A stretch of DNA of 55,224 bases. Origin: Chloroflexota bacterium (lineage in GTDB: Bacteria; Chloroflexota; Dormibacteria; Dormibacterales; Dormibacteraceae). The notes beneath the pieces were generated by a model. It saw only the letters and a program-made list of their open reading frames with translations, had not been told where the DNA came from and did not search any database. This document shows, one piece after another, positions 43,553-52,867 of the stretch. Position numbers and translations under genes: made by a program. Within the stretch, counting starts at the first letter, position 1. Each line of letters starts with the position of its first letter. The stretch is from NCBI GenBank assembly GCA_005881025.1, contig VBFO01000007.1:1-55224 (forward strand), in the 5' to 3' direction.

Positions 43553-44746
43553 TTACTGCGAGAACAGGGTCACGTCCTTCAGCTCGAAGCTCACGATGCC
43601 GTCGGCGCCGACGACGAACAGATCGACAGGAGCGAACCCACCGGTTTGTGGATATGCCGGGTCTAGCACGCCGATTGCAATTTGCGAGCCGCCCGGCTCG
43701 GCGAACGATCCCCAGTAACCAAAGGTGCTGTCTGGGCACGTCCAGATCGTCTGCCCGTCACTCCAGTTGACGATGCTCGGCGACTGCGCGCCACCGATCT
43801 GGGCCGCGACCACCAGGGCCCCATCCAACGAGAAGCCAAAGACCTCGCCCTCGAGCCGCTTGAGCACCGCTCCGCCAGGCCCGTATATGACGGTGTGGCC
43901 GGATCCGTCCGCCAAGGCGACGTACCTGCCGTCGTGGGATGCGGCGATGTAGCCACCAACTCCACCGGTCCACAACGTTCGACCGCTGGACAGCTGAACG
44001 ACCCAGAACTGCATGACTCCGATGCCCTGGCCGCCCGACTGATACACGACCGCGCGGTCACCGCCTGGGCTGCAAGCGACGACCGACGGCCCGCCGCCGT
44101 CGTGGCTGGCCGGCTTGAAGCTACCTACCCGCGCCACGTTTCTCGGGGATTTGCCCACCTCGGTGAGCTGGAGCTCTCCCGGGCTGCTCATATCGCGTGA
44201 GGCGGTGCGCACCACAGAGCAGTAGCTTCGACCGTCGTCCGACCAGAACACGCCCACATTTATCGGATCGAAGGTGGCCAGCACCGCGCCGTGGCGATCT
44301 CGGATTTCGTTGGAAGCGGCGTACAGAGTGCCTTGCGGGTTGGGGATGCCGCCGTTGGCGGCGCCCGTGCCGATCCTGCCAGATGTCTTGCCGTCCCAGG
44401 TGACGCCGTCGACCTGGTCGAAGTTAGCCGGGTCGTGATAGACGATCACTGGGGTCGAGTCGGAGACGTTCAGCGCGTTCTGGAGCGGAGTCGGTGAGGC
44501 GCTGGCCTTGGGCGTGGTGCCCGGCACCGTCTGGGGATGGATGTTCCCTCGCACCAGCGCGAAGGTGCCGATCACGAGCGCCGCGATCAGGACGGCGGCG
44601 ATGCCTGCGGCCCACTGGACGCGGCGGCTCACCGACTCCCGGGCCGCGAGCCCATCCTGCATGAGACGGTGACGCGCGTCGCCGACCTCACCGAGCTTCG
44701 CTTGCTGCCGGTCGAAGCCGCCACGAATGTCGTCACGGAGAGTCAT
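43553..44746 (-). CDS. Putative anti-sigma / sensor protein: short cytoplasmic N-terminus, one TM segment, extracytoplasmic beta-propeller-like domain
   Basis: Start overlaps the ECF sigma stop (TGATG). TM segment WAAGIAAVLIAALVIGTFALV. The C-terminal 300 or so aa are Gly/Ser/Val-rich with repeated ...DG..VA...G... blades (TolB/WD40-like). Confidence 0.5.
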   Translation of the reverse strand: MTLRDDIRGGFDRQQAKLGEVGDARHRLMQDGLAARESVSRRVQWAAGIAAVLIAALVIGTFALVRGNIHPQTVPGTTPKASASPTPLQNALNVSDSTPVIVYHDPANFDQVDGVTWDGKTSGRIGTGAANGGIPNPQGTLYAASNEIRDRHGAVLATFDPINVGVFWSDDGRSYCSVVRTASRDMSSPGELQLTEVGKSPRNVARVGSFKPASHDGGGPSVVACSPGGDRAVVYQSGGQGIGVMQFWVVQLSSGRTLWTGGVGGYIAASHDGRYVALADGSGHTVIYGPGGAVLKRLEGEVFGFSLDGALVVAAQIGGAQSPSIVNWSDGQTIWTCPDSTFGYWGSFAEPGGSQIAIGVLDPAYPQTGGFAPVDLFVVGADGIVSFELKDVTLFSQ

Positions 44747-45267
44747 CAGATGTCCTCCTCGAGGAGTCCCGGCCTCAAGCGCTTGCAGGCGCGGTAGATG
44801 CGGCCCTTGGCAGCGGCGCCGGAGATGCCCAATGCAGTCCCTATCTCATCGACGGAGAGATCGAGGTAGAAGCGCATGAACAGCACCTGCCGGTCGGCCA
44901 TCGGCAATTTTTCGAGCTCGCGCTCGAGGTCCAGCCGCTCGACGTGAGACTCGGCGGGCTTTCCCGGCTGGAACACCAAGGGAATGCGCACCGTGCTGAA
45001 CCACCTCGTCCGGCGCACGTTCCGGCACTGGTTGGCGACGATCGCCAGGAACCACGGCCGGACCTGGCTCCGGTCGCGCAGCCGCGACAGGCTGCGCCAG
45101 GCCTTGGTGATCGCGTCCTGAGTCGCGTCCTCGGCCTCCGAGCGGTTGCCGAGCATCGAGAACGCCAGCCGGAGGCCAGGCTCGACGAGCGGCCCGATCA
45201 GGGCTTCGAACTCCTGCTCGGCCTCCCGGGCCGGCTCGGCGGTCATGGCGTGGACCACATCATTCAA
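44746..45267 (-). CDS. ECF-type RNA polymerase sigma-70 factor
   Basis: Region 2 (DATQDAITKAWRSLSRLRD...PWFLAIVANQCRNVRR) and region 4 (LPMADRQVLFMRFYLDLSVDEIGTALGISGAAAKGRIYRA). Confidence 0.85.
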   Translation of the reverse strand: MNDVVHAMTAEPAREAEQEFEALIGPLVEPGLRLAFSMLGNRSEAEDATQDAITKAWRSLSRLRDRSQVRPWFLAIVANQCRNVRRTRWFSTVRIPLVFQPGKPAESHVERLDLERELEKLPMADRQVLFMRFYLDLSVDEIGTALGISGAAAKGRIYRACKRLRPGLLEEDI

Positions 45268-45297
45268 GACACCCGAAACCAGCCGCCGGTTACACGG

Positions 45298-46587
45298 TCA
45301 GTCGAAGAGCTTGCGGCCCCGGGTCACGAACTGGTCCCGGCGGGGCCCAGTGCCTACGAGCTCGATCGGCGTGGCTATGAGCTCGCCGACCCGTTCGATG
45401 TAGTCGCGGCACTGGGCGGGTAGATCGTCCCAGCACTTGGCGGCTCCGATCTCCGACTGCCACCCTGGCATCTCGTCGTACATCGGCTCGCAGTGCTTGT
45501 AATGGGAGATGTTCGCGAGCGGATGGTCGTGCACCTGGCCACGGAATCGGTAGCCGGTGCAGATCTTCAGGAGCGGCTGGTCGTCGAGTATGTCGAGCCG
45601 CATCAGGGCTGCGACGCTGACGCCGTTAAGGCGGCAGGAGTAGCGAGCGACCGCGGCATCGAACCACCCGATACGTCTTGGGCGCCCGGTGACGGTGCCG
45701 AACTCGTGCCCGCGCTCGCGGATCTGGTCCCCCACGTCGTCGGTGAGCTCGGACGGAAAGGGCCCGTAGCCGACGCGCGACGTGTAGGCCTTGAACACGC
45801 CAATCGTCAGGTCAACCTTGGTCGGAGGGATGCCACTTCCGGTGAGCGCGCCGCCGGCGCTGGGGTTGGAGCTGGTGACGTATGGATAGGTTCCAAAGTC
45901 GAGGTCGAGCATGGTCGCCTGGGCCCCCTCGAGGAGGATGTTGGCCTTCCGGTCCAGCGCTTCCTGGATGAGTGGGAATGTGTCCTTGATGTAGGGGTCG
46001 AGCTGCTTCGCGTACCCCATGTACTCGCCGACCATGCTTTCCCAGTCGTAGGGCTCGCCGCCATAGAGCTTGGTCAGGATCGGGTTCTTGACCTGGTCGA
46101 CCACGAAGGCGAGCTTCTTGCGCATGAAGCCTTCCTTCTGGAGGTCGCCGATGCGAAAGCCGATGCGCCTCACTTTGTCCGCGTAGGCGGGGCCGATTCC
46201 GCGCCAGGTGGTACCGAGGCGGTCGTCGCCGCGGACCTCCTCCTCGAGCTGGTCGAACAGCGGGTGGTAGCGCATGACCATGTGCGCTCGCTCGCTGACG
46301 ATGAGGTTCTTCGGCTCGATTCCGCGCTCGCGCAGCTGCGTGATCTCTTTCAGAAGCACTATCGGGTCGACCACCACGCCGTTGCCGATCACGCATGTGC
46401 ACTGCGGGTAGAGGATCCCCGACGGGATGAGCTGGAACTTGAACTCGCCGTCCTCGGTGATGACGGTGTGCCCGGCGTTGTTGCCGCCCTGGGACCGGAT
46501 GACCATGTCCGCTTTGGCCGCGAGGTAGTCGATGACCTTGCCTTTGCCCTCGTCGCCCCACTGGCCGCCGACCAGGATGATGACCAC
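45298..46587 (-). CDS. purA: Adenylosuccinate synthase
   Basis: MVIILVGGQWGDEGKGKVIDYLA..., GNNAGHTV, TTWRGIGPAY. GTG start with SD agaggaag. Confidence 0.95.
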   Translation of the reverse strand: MVIILVGGQWGDEGKGKVIDYLAAKADMVIRSQGGNNAGHTVITEDGEFKFQLIPSGILYPQCTCVIGNGVVVDPIVLLKEITQLRERGIEPKNLIVSERAHMVMRYHPLFDQLEEEVRGDDRLGTTWRGIGPAYADKVRRIGFRIGDLQKEGFMRKKLAFVVDQVKNPILTKLYGGEPYDWESMVGEYMGYAKQLDPYIKDTFPLIQEALDRKANILLEGAQATMLDLDFGTYPYVTSSNPSAGGALTGSGIPPTKVDLTIGVFKAYTSRVGYGPFPSELTDDVGDQIRERGHEFGTVTGRPRRIGWFDAAVARYSCRLNGVSVAALMRLDILDDQPLLKICTGYRFRGQVHDHPLANISHYKHCEPMYDEMPGWQSEIGAAKCWDDLPAQCRDYIERVGELIATPIELVGTGPRRDQFVTRGRKLFD

Positions 46588-46799
46588 TGGTCTTCCTCTT
46601 ACTCCGTGCCCGGCTCGGGGCGCCTCGTCTCCAGGTTGTAGAAGCGGGTGTGGTCCCGGCGGAACTTGAGCTCGATCATGCCGGTCGGGCCATTGCGGTG
46701 CTTGGCGACGATGACCTCCGCGATGCCAGGCCTCTCATCAGCCTTGTAGTACTCAGGCCTATAAAGAAACATCACGGGATCTGAATCCTGCTCGATGCT

Positions 46800-46832
46800 G
46801 TTGTGGACCACCAAGTCGTTCGCAACGAAGTT
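46800..46832 (-). other. 11-codon C-terminal relic of a second DnaB intein (NFVANDLVVHN)
   Basis: It reads NFVANDLVVHN directly followed by SIEQD. Compare the Synechocystis DnaB mini-intein C-terminus ...HNFVANDIIVHN|SIEQD (from memory). Confidence 0.7.
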
Positions 46833-47329
46833 TCGCGGAGGTCACTCAGGATTGGTCGTTTGTCCGGGCGTTGCTCGGGTGCACGGCTCAGCTGTGAGAT
46901 GGCGATCACAGGGATCCTGAGCTCTCGAGCCAGCCCCTTCAGTGCTCGGGAGATTGATGAGACCTCCTGAACGCGGTTGTCGTCCCCGCGCGAGCGGCCA
47001 TGCATCAGCTGCAAGTAGTCGACCAGGATCATGTCGATGCCGTGTCGCATCTTTGCCTGTCGGGCCTTGAGCTGAAGGGTCAATTCATCCATGACCGGCG
47101 TGTCGTCGATGTAGATCGCAGCCTCGCCAAGCGGCCCGAGCGCATTGGACACACGATCGAACTCGGACTCTGTCAAAAGCCCTCTGTGCAAGCGCTGGGC
47201 GTCGATTTGGGCCTGCTCTGTCAGCAGGCGTTCGGTGAGCTGTTCCTTCGACATCTCGAGGCTGAAGATGGCGATCGACTTCTTCGTTTCAAGTGCGGCA
47301 TGCAGCCCGATGTTGAGAGCGAGAGAAGT

Positions 47330-48549
47330 GTTGTGGACGAGGATGTCCTGCGCCACGAAATTGCCAGTCTCTGGAACCGCGAGGTCATAAACCTGGTGCT
47401 CGCCGGTAGGGATGATCGAAACGACCTCATCCCAATAGATCTGGTCACTGGCTAGCTGCGAAAGGCGGCGGTCGCGCAGGACGTCGGCGTAATTCGCAAG
47501 CCGGCCTTGTGTGATGCCCCGGGACCGATGCGGATTGAAGCCACGAAGACCGGCGCCTCTTTCGCCCGCAAGGACTGAGAGTTGTGTGACGGTCAGGCCG
47601 CGAGCGTGAGCTGACGCGCGAATGTCTTCCCAGATCTGTGGTGGGACTTGACCAATGTTGCTGGGTCGCGGCTCGGTGAATGACTTGAAACGGTTTGCCT
47701 TCTCATCTCCCTTTGGTAGCGCTCAACCGAAGCCGGCTCCGTGATCTCAACTCGCCAGCACCGATCCTTCTTCTTCCACAGCTTCGCGACGATTCCGAAG
47801 CGGACGAGAGCATGGTGAAGGTCTTCCGCGAGACCCTGGGATGCGACCGCGAACTCAATTCGCGGATAGCCACCCAATGAATACACAGTTCCATCGCAGC
47901 TCATGAGGGTCTTGATGAACTCAAGCAATCTCGAACGGTCCCAACGCCAGGCGCACTCGGGAAACCGCTTGGCATCGGACAGCTTGCCCATGAGGCCAAA
48001 TTCGCGCAGCCACTGAGCCAGCGGGTTCTTGAGGCGACCGCCTGTACGTGGCCCGGCAGAGTAGTACGTGATGCGGTGCCGTCTGACGTGAAGAGTCGGA
48101 AAGTGGCGCGAGATTTGGTCCATGAAGTCGCCGACAAGAACTGGATCAGAGTTCGTAAAGCCCGGCGTAGCCGCGGTCAGGCTGCCTTCGGCGATGAAGT
48201 AGGCGAGCAGTCGAACCTGTCCGAAGTCCATTGAACCGTCTGTGCCAAAGCAGTTGACTGCGCGCGGCACCGCGATCCGATCACCAATGACGATGTCGTG
48301 CAGCGGTTGCCATCCTGTAACCGTGAGAAATGGGTGGTGGCCTGTCACTTCGACGGAACGACCGGTGCGCGTCGTGACCTTGAAGCAGGGTTTGACGCCG
48401 CTGTCGACCCATGCGCCGATTTCGTTTGGTTTGATGCGCCCGTCCCAGGAGAAACCGTGGATTCTGGGTAGCTGTCGCTCGACTGCGTCCTGGATTGTCA
48501 GACGCTCGCCCGTGGCAATATTGATAACAAGACTATCATACTTTAGGCA
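47330..48549 (-). mobile_element. DnaB intein with a LAGLIDADG homing-endonuclease domain, inserted in the Walker A loop (GK|T)
   Basis: Block A CLKYDSLVINI, block B VTGHHPF, LAGLIDADG-like LLAYFIAEGSL and FIKTLMSCDGTVY, blocks F/G IYWDEVVSIIPTGEHQVYDLAVPETGNFVAQDILVHN, then Thr. Length is 1220 nt, which is not divisible by 3. Confidence 0.85.
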
Positions 48550-49218
48550 CTTACCCATCGCGGGTCTTCCCGCGACGATGATCAGGTCCGAGTCCTTGAA
48601 CCCGCCCGTCATCCGATCCAGGTCATGGAACCCTGACGGAACGCCGATGACTCCCTGACCGCTCTCCATCTGCAGCGAGATCCGCTCCATCGCCGGACCG
48701 AGCAGGTCATAAAGCTTGGCCAGCTCGCGCTGGTCGCGGTCGTCCGCGACACCGAACACGAGCGACTGCGCCTGGTTGATCGCCTCCTCGGCTTCGACCG
48801 AGTCGTCGTAACCGAACCCGGCGATGTTGCCCCCCGCCGAGATCAGACGCCGCTTGTAAGCCTTCTCCTTGACGATGCGGCCGTAGTACTCGATGTTGGC
48901 CGCGGTCGGGACCGACCCCTGCATCGACGCGAGCTGAGCGCGGCCGCCCACGCGTTCGAGCAAACCCATCCCCTGCAGCTGTGACGCGAGCGTGACGTTG
49001 TCGATCGGCTCTCCGGCCGCGAACAGGTCGAGTGCCGCCCGATAGATCTGGCCGTTGTTCTCGCGATAGAAGTCCTCGGGATGAAGGAACTGGAGGACCT
49101 TGGCAATCGACAGCGGATCGAGAAGGATGGACCCGAGCACGGACATCTCCGCGTCAAGGTCGTGCGGTGGCACCCTTCCGGGTGTTAGTGCGATGGTCGC
49201 CATCGAGCTCTGTCGGCC

Positions 49219-49668
49219 CTAGCGGTCCTGGGTCACGATCAGGTTGACGTGGGCGGTCACATCCCGATGAAGCTTGAGTGGAACCTGGTGCTCACCAAGG
49301 GTCTTGATGGGTTCCCTGATGTCGATCTTGTGCCGGTCGATGTCGACCCGGTGCTGGGCCTTGAGGGCGACGGCCACATCCTGGTTGGTGATGGAGCCGA
49401 ACGCCTTGTCCTCGGCTCCGATCTTCAGACGAACAACAACCGTCTTGTTGCCGATCTCGTCCGCCAGCGCCTGAGCCTCCACCCTGTCCTTCGTCTCGCG
49501 TCGGCTCACAGCCTCGCGCAGACGCTTGGACTCGGTTTCGACACCCCGAAGCGCCGGCACCGCCAGCTTGCGCGGAAACAGGAAGTTGCGACCATAGCCG
49601 TCGGCGACCTCCTTGATGTCACCGGCCTTGCCGACGTTGTCTATGTCCTTGGTCAGCATCACGCGCAC
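49219..49668 (-). CDS. rplI: 50S ribosomal protein L9
   Basis: The GTG at 49668 gives MRVMLTKDIDNVGKAGDIKEVADGYGRNFLFPRKLA... Conserved rplI-dnaB synteny. Confidence 0.9.
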   Translation of the reverse strand: MRVMLTKDIDNVGKAGDIKEVADGYGRNFLFPRKLAVPALRGVETESKRLREAVSRRETKDRVEAQALADEIGNKTVVVRLKIGAEDKAFGSITNQDVAVALKAQHRVDIDRHKIDIREPIKTLGEHQVPLKLHRDVTAHVNLIVTQDR

Positions 49669-49672
49669 GTCC

Positions 49673-50089
49673 CTAGCCCTCCGCCACCGATGGATATGAA
49701 TCGTCTGCAACTCCGCCCGCGATCCGTCTTCTCACTCGCCTGACCACCCTTCTGGTCCCGTGGCGGGCGGCCGCGACAGTATCTCGGAGGTCGTGATCGA
49801 ACATGCTGTCCTTCGCGCTCAGCGAAGCCAGATGCTCACGGCGAATTTCCTCTGGACACGCTTCGATGAACGTCTGAACAGCAAGCAGCCCGAGCGCGAG
49901 CATGTCCAGCTCACCCAGCACTGGGATCCAGGCCGGGAAGTCGATAGGGCTGACGATGACCGCCAGGGCCGCCAGCAGAACCGCCTTCGGAGCTGCCGGC
50001 ACGCGATCGTCGCGCAGCAGGCAGTAGGCGAGCTTGCCGTGTTTCGGCACCTCCACCAGAACCTGCATGGCACGCGAAATGAAAGGCAT
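49673..50089 (-). CDS. DUF1232 (YkvA-like) membrane protein
   Basis: ...AVLLAALAVIVSPIDFPAWIPVLGELDMLALGLLAVQTF... Confidence 0.7.
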   Translation of the reverse strand: MPFISRAMQVLVEVPKHGKLAYCLLRDDRVPAAPKAVLLAALAVIVSPIDFPAWIPVLGELDMLALGLLAVQTFIEACPEEIRREHLASLSAKDSMFDHDLRDTVAAARHGTRRVVRRVRRRIAGGVADDSYPSVAEG

Positions 50090-50233
50090 GGGGGCCGCAA
50101 CAGCCTAGCGCTTTTCAGGCTGCAAAGAGAACCTCCTTAACCACCCAATGTAGGCAACTTCCCGTTGGTGCGCGCCGGAGGAGCGGCCGAGGCACGTCGC
50201 CTCTTTCGGCGCGGACCACGATAGCCTTGCGCC

Positions 50234-51505
50234 GTGAGCTCGGCCGTGGCCCTGGCGCCAGGCACCGCGCGGTTTGGAAATCTGAGGCACACGGCTCTCA
50301 GCGCGTTCTGGTTCGGCAACTTCTTCCTCTGGCAGCCATTGACCACCGTCGTCATCCAGAACCAGATCGACGCCGTCGTCCCCAAGGCCAACCAGGGCAC
50401 CGCGATCGGCCTTGCCGTGAGCATTGGCGGGCTCTTTGCGATGACCATCCCCCCGATCGTCGGTGCGATCTCGGACCGGCTGAACACGCCCTTCGGACGC
50501 CGGCGCCCGATCATGGTCGGGGCCACCCTCCTGACTCTACCCGGCCTGCTGGTGCTGGCGACCGCGAGCACCTATCCGCAGATCGTCATCGGCTACGCCT
50601 GGGTGCAGTTCTTCTTCAACGCCGCCGGTGCGGCCTTCGCGGGCATCATCCCCGACGTCGTCCCCGCTCAGGATTTCGGCCGCGCCAGCGGGTTTCTGGC
50701 CACCATGGTCCAGCTTGGCAGTGGCGCGGGCCTCTTCGCCAACACCATCTTCACCGGCACTCACCTGGACCGCTGGATCTATCTCGCGTTCGCGGTCGTG
50801 ATGGTCTTGACGCTGATCCCGACCTCGCTCGCAGCTTCGGGAGAAGGATCGCAACCCCTTCCGCCTCGTGTTCACCGGCCGCCACGCGCCGCGATTCATG
50901 AGTTCTTCAGGCCCATGCTCGGTGGCGACTTTGCGTGGGTGATCTTCACTCGTTTCTTCGTCTCTGCCGGCATCACAGCCGTCGCCTACTACCTGAACAA
51001 CTTCTTCCGCGACGTGGTTGGCGTCTCGGACCCTGGTCAGTTCACCTCCGTCTGGTTTCTGGTCGTGCTCCTGGTCGCGATACCTTTCGGACTCGCGGGC
51101 GGCTACTTCTCAGACCGTCTCCATAAGCGCAAGGTCTTCGTCTTCGCCAGCGGAGGCTTCCAGGCGTTGGTGGCGCTCATCTTCATCGCCTTCTTTCCGA
51201 AGGCCATCCCGATCGTCTTTGTGCTGGGTGCCGCTTACGGCATCGGCTACGGGCTTTACTACGCAGTCGACTGGGCGCTCGCCTGCGACACGCTGCCTGA
51301 TCGCGCCAGCAGCGCCAAGGACATGGGCCTCTTCCACATCGCGCTGACGCTGCCGCAGTTCGTGGTCCCTTTCTTCGCGGGACCTGCGCTCGACCACTTC
51401 AATGCTGTCTCACCCAACCTGGGTTACCGGGTCGTGTTCGCGAGCGCGATCGTGCTGCTCGCGATCGGCACTGTCTTCGTGAGCCGCATCCGATCGGTCG
51501 GCTGA
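50234..51505 (+). CDS. MFS transporter
   Basis: 423 aa, about 12 TM. The loop motif ...GAISDRLNTPFGRRRP... between TM2 and TM3 is typical of MFS. Confidence 0.8.
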   Translation: MSSAVALAPGTARFGNLRHTALSAFWFGNFFLWQPLTTVVIQNQIDAVVPKANQGTAIGLAVSIGGLFAMTIPPIVGAISDRLNTPFGRRRPIMVGATLLTLPGLLVLATASTYPQIVIGYAWVQFFFNAAGAAFAGIIPDVVPAQDFGRASGFLATMVQLGSGAGLFANTIFTGTHLDRWIYLAFAVVMVLTLIPTSLAASGEGSQPLPPRVHRPPRAAIHEFFRPMLGGDFAWVIFTRFFVSAGITAVAYYLNNFFRDVVGVSDPGQFTSVWFLVVLLVAIPFGLAGGYFSDRLHKRKVFVFASGGFQALVALIFIAFFPKAIPIVFVLGAAYGIGYGLYYAVDWALACDTLPDRASSAKDMGLFHIALTLPQFVVPFFAGPALDHFNAVSPNLGYRVVFASAIVLLAIGTVFVSRIRSVG

Positions 51506-52750
51506 TCGCGCGCTCCTCACTGCGACCAGGCTCGCGATCCAGATCGCGCTGACCCCGATGACCCCGAGCTCCGCCATCAGCCGCAGCACCGTCACGTTCG
51601 GATAGCCGGAAAGCAGGAGCGTCTGGAAGTACTTGTGGGCGGGGCCGATGAGCAGCCAGCCGCTGCTCACAGCCGCCAGCACCGCCCAACGGCGATTGCG
51701 AACGCTCCATTCGATCAGCACCAGCATCGGGAGCAGCAACAAGACCAGGTGAGTGCCCCACGAGTAGCTTGCGATGAGGGGGCCCGCGGCCACCATCGCG
51801 CTCGCCTCCAGCGCTCGAGCAGAGCGGTTGAGGGCGGGCCGCCGCAGGACCCAGAACGTGACCACCAGCACCGCGATCGAAATCACAAGCGTGATGACCC
51901 GCGCCGCCGGCGGAGAGTCGCGATCAGCGCCCAGGAAGGTCGCGGGGTCGAAAAGACGGGCCACCGTCCCGCCGGGCGAGTGATTCTCGAACAGGCCGGT
52001 CCCGGCCGACAGGACGGGCGCGACTTTCAACAGGTACTCGGGCAGGTACTGCGGCACCGCCAGCAGCCACAGGGCCAGTCCGGCCGCCCCAGCGCCGATC
52101 ACCATCCGCCAGCGCCGTCCCCAGATCAGCAGCAGACCGAGCGGGCCCTGCAGCAGCTTCACGGCCACTGCCGCGCCAAGCGCCACCCCGCCCCACCAGC
52201 GGTCGCCCGCCACCCAACCCAGAAGCCAGATCCCGGACAGGCCGAGCAGGACGAGGTTGACCTGCCCTTCATCGAAATTGGCTGCCACCGGCTCGAAGCT
52301 GATCGTGACCAGGACGAGCAACGACACCATTTGCCAGCTCCGAACATGCAGCGCACGGAGGGTCGCGACCACGAACACCGCCAGCGACAGCTGCAGCACC
52401 GCGATGACGACGATCAGCTGGACGGCGGCTGCCTGGTGCACGAGGGGCTGCAGCATCCAGGCCACCGGTGGCGGCGTCACGTACTGGGCGCCGGCCAGCG
52501 GCAGAGGCACGAAGCCGCCAGAAGCGTTGCCGCCACAGGCCTGGATCGCGCACAGGTCGTAGGGGTCCTGGCCCGCAGCGATCCTGGCCGCTGCCGCCAG
52601 GTAGTTCTCGCTGAGGTCGCCGGGCACAACGCCGAGGGCAAGCGGTAGGACGAGCGTCCGCCAGATGTAGACAAACCCGATCGGCACGCCCGCGAGCACG
52701 AGCAGAAGGGCGCGAAAGCTGGCGTTTTCGAGCGGGAAGGGTCGAGCCAC
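51410..52750 (-). CDS. Polytopic glycosyltransferase, GT87/DUF2029-like
   Basis: 446 aa, at least 10 TM, with an N-terminal loop (...DPYDLCAIQACGGN...). The pattern resembles actinobacterial DUF2029 mannosyltransferases. GTG start. 96-nt convergent overlap with the MFS gene. Confidence 0.65.
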   Translation of the reverse strand: MARPFPLENASFRALLLVLAGVPIGFVYIWRTLVLPLALGVVPGDLSENYLAAAARIAAGQDPYDLCAIQACGGNASGGFVPLPLAGAQYVTPPPVAWMLQPLVHQAAAVQLIVVIAVLQLSLAVFVVATLRALHVRSWQMVSLLVLVTISFEPVAANFDEGQVNLVLLGLSGIWLLGWVAGDRWWGGVALGAAVAVKLLQGPLGLLLIWGRRWRMVIGAGAAGLALWLLAVPQYLPEYLLKVAPVLSAGTGLFENHSPGGTVARLFDPATFLGADRDSPPAARVITLVISIAVLVVTFWVLRRPALNRSARALEASAMVAAGPLIASYSWGTHLVLLLLPMLVLIEWSVRNRRWAVLAAVSSGWLLIGPAHKYFQTLLLSGYPNVTVLRLMAELGVIGVSAIWIASLVAVRSARSADRSDAAHEDSADREQHDRAREHDPVTQVG

Positions 52751-52830
52751 GCGCCGGAATTATCCGGGCGGGGGCTTCATTCCAAGCTGCCAGACATGAA
52801 TCCGGCCTGAGCGCTACGTGATTGTCTGGT

Positions 52831-52867
52831 CAAAAAAATGAGGCGGCACCGCAGCGGGCACCGCCTC
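52831..52867 (-). terminator. Strong intrinsic terminator with no upstream minus-strand CDS
   Basis: Minus-strand RNA GAGGCGGUGCC-CGCUGC-GGUGCCGCCUC forms an 11-bp stem. Its two G-U pairs form only on this strand. AUUUUUUUG follows. It lies about 80 nt upstream of the GT87 start. Confidence 0.65.

Larger units (their letters stand above)
46599..49203 (-). pseudogene. dnaB: Replicative DNA helicase DnaB with one full intein and one intein relic. Not translatable as a single frame in this sequence.
   Basis: N-extein 48550-49203 (...DLIIVAGRPAMGK). Intein 47330-48549. Middle extein 46832-47329 (TSLALNIGLHAA...PVIAISQLSRAPEQRPDKRPILSDLRE). A 32-nt out-of-frame insert. C-extein 46599-46799 (SIEQDSDPVMFLYRPEYYK...). 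Confidence 0.85.

Noticed and set aside
46772-47356. Treating ORFs 47593..49203, 46772..47356 and 46599..46814 as three separate genes.
   Set aside because: Together they reconstitute a single DnaB with conserved motifs in the right order. The breaks coincide with intein boundaries and frame shifts.
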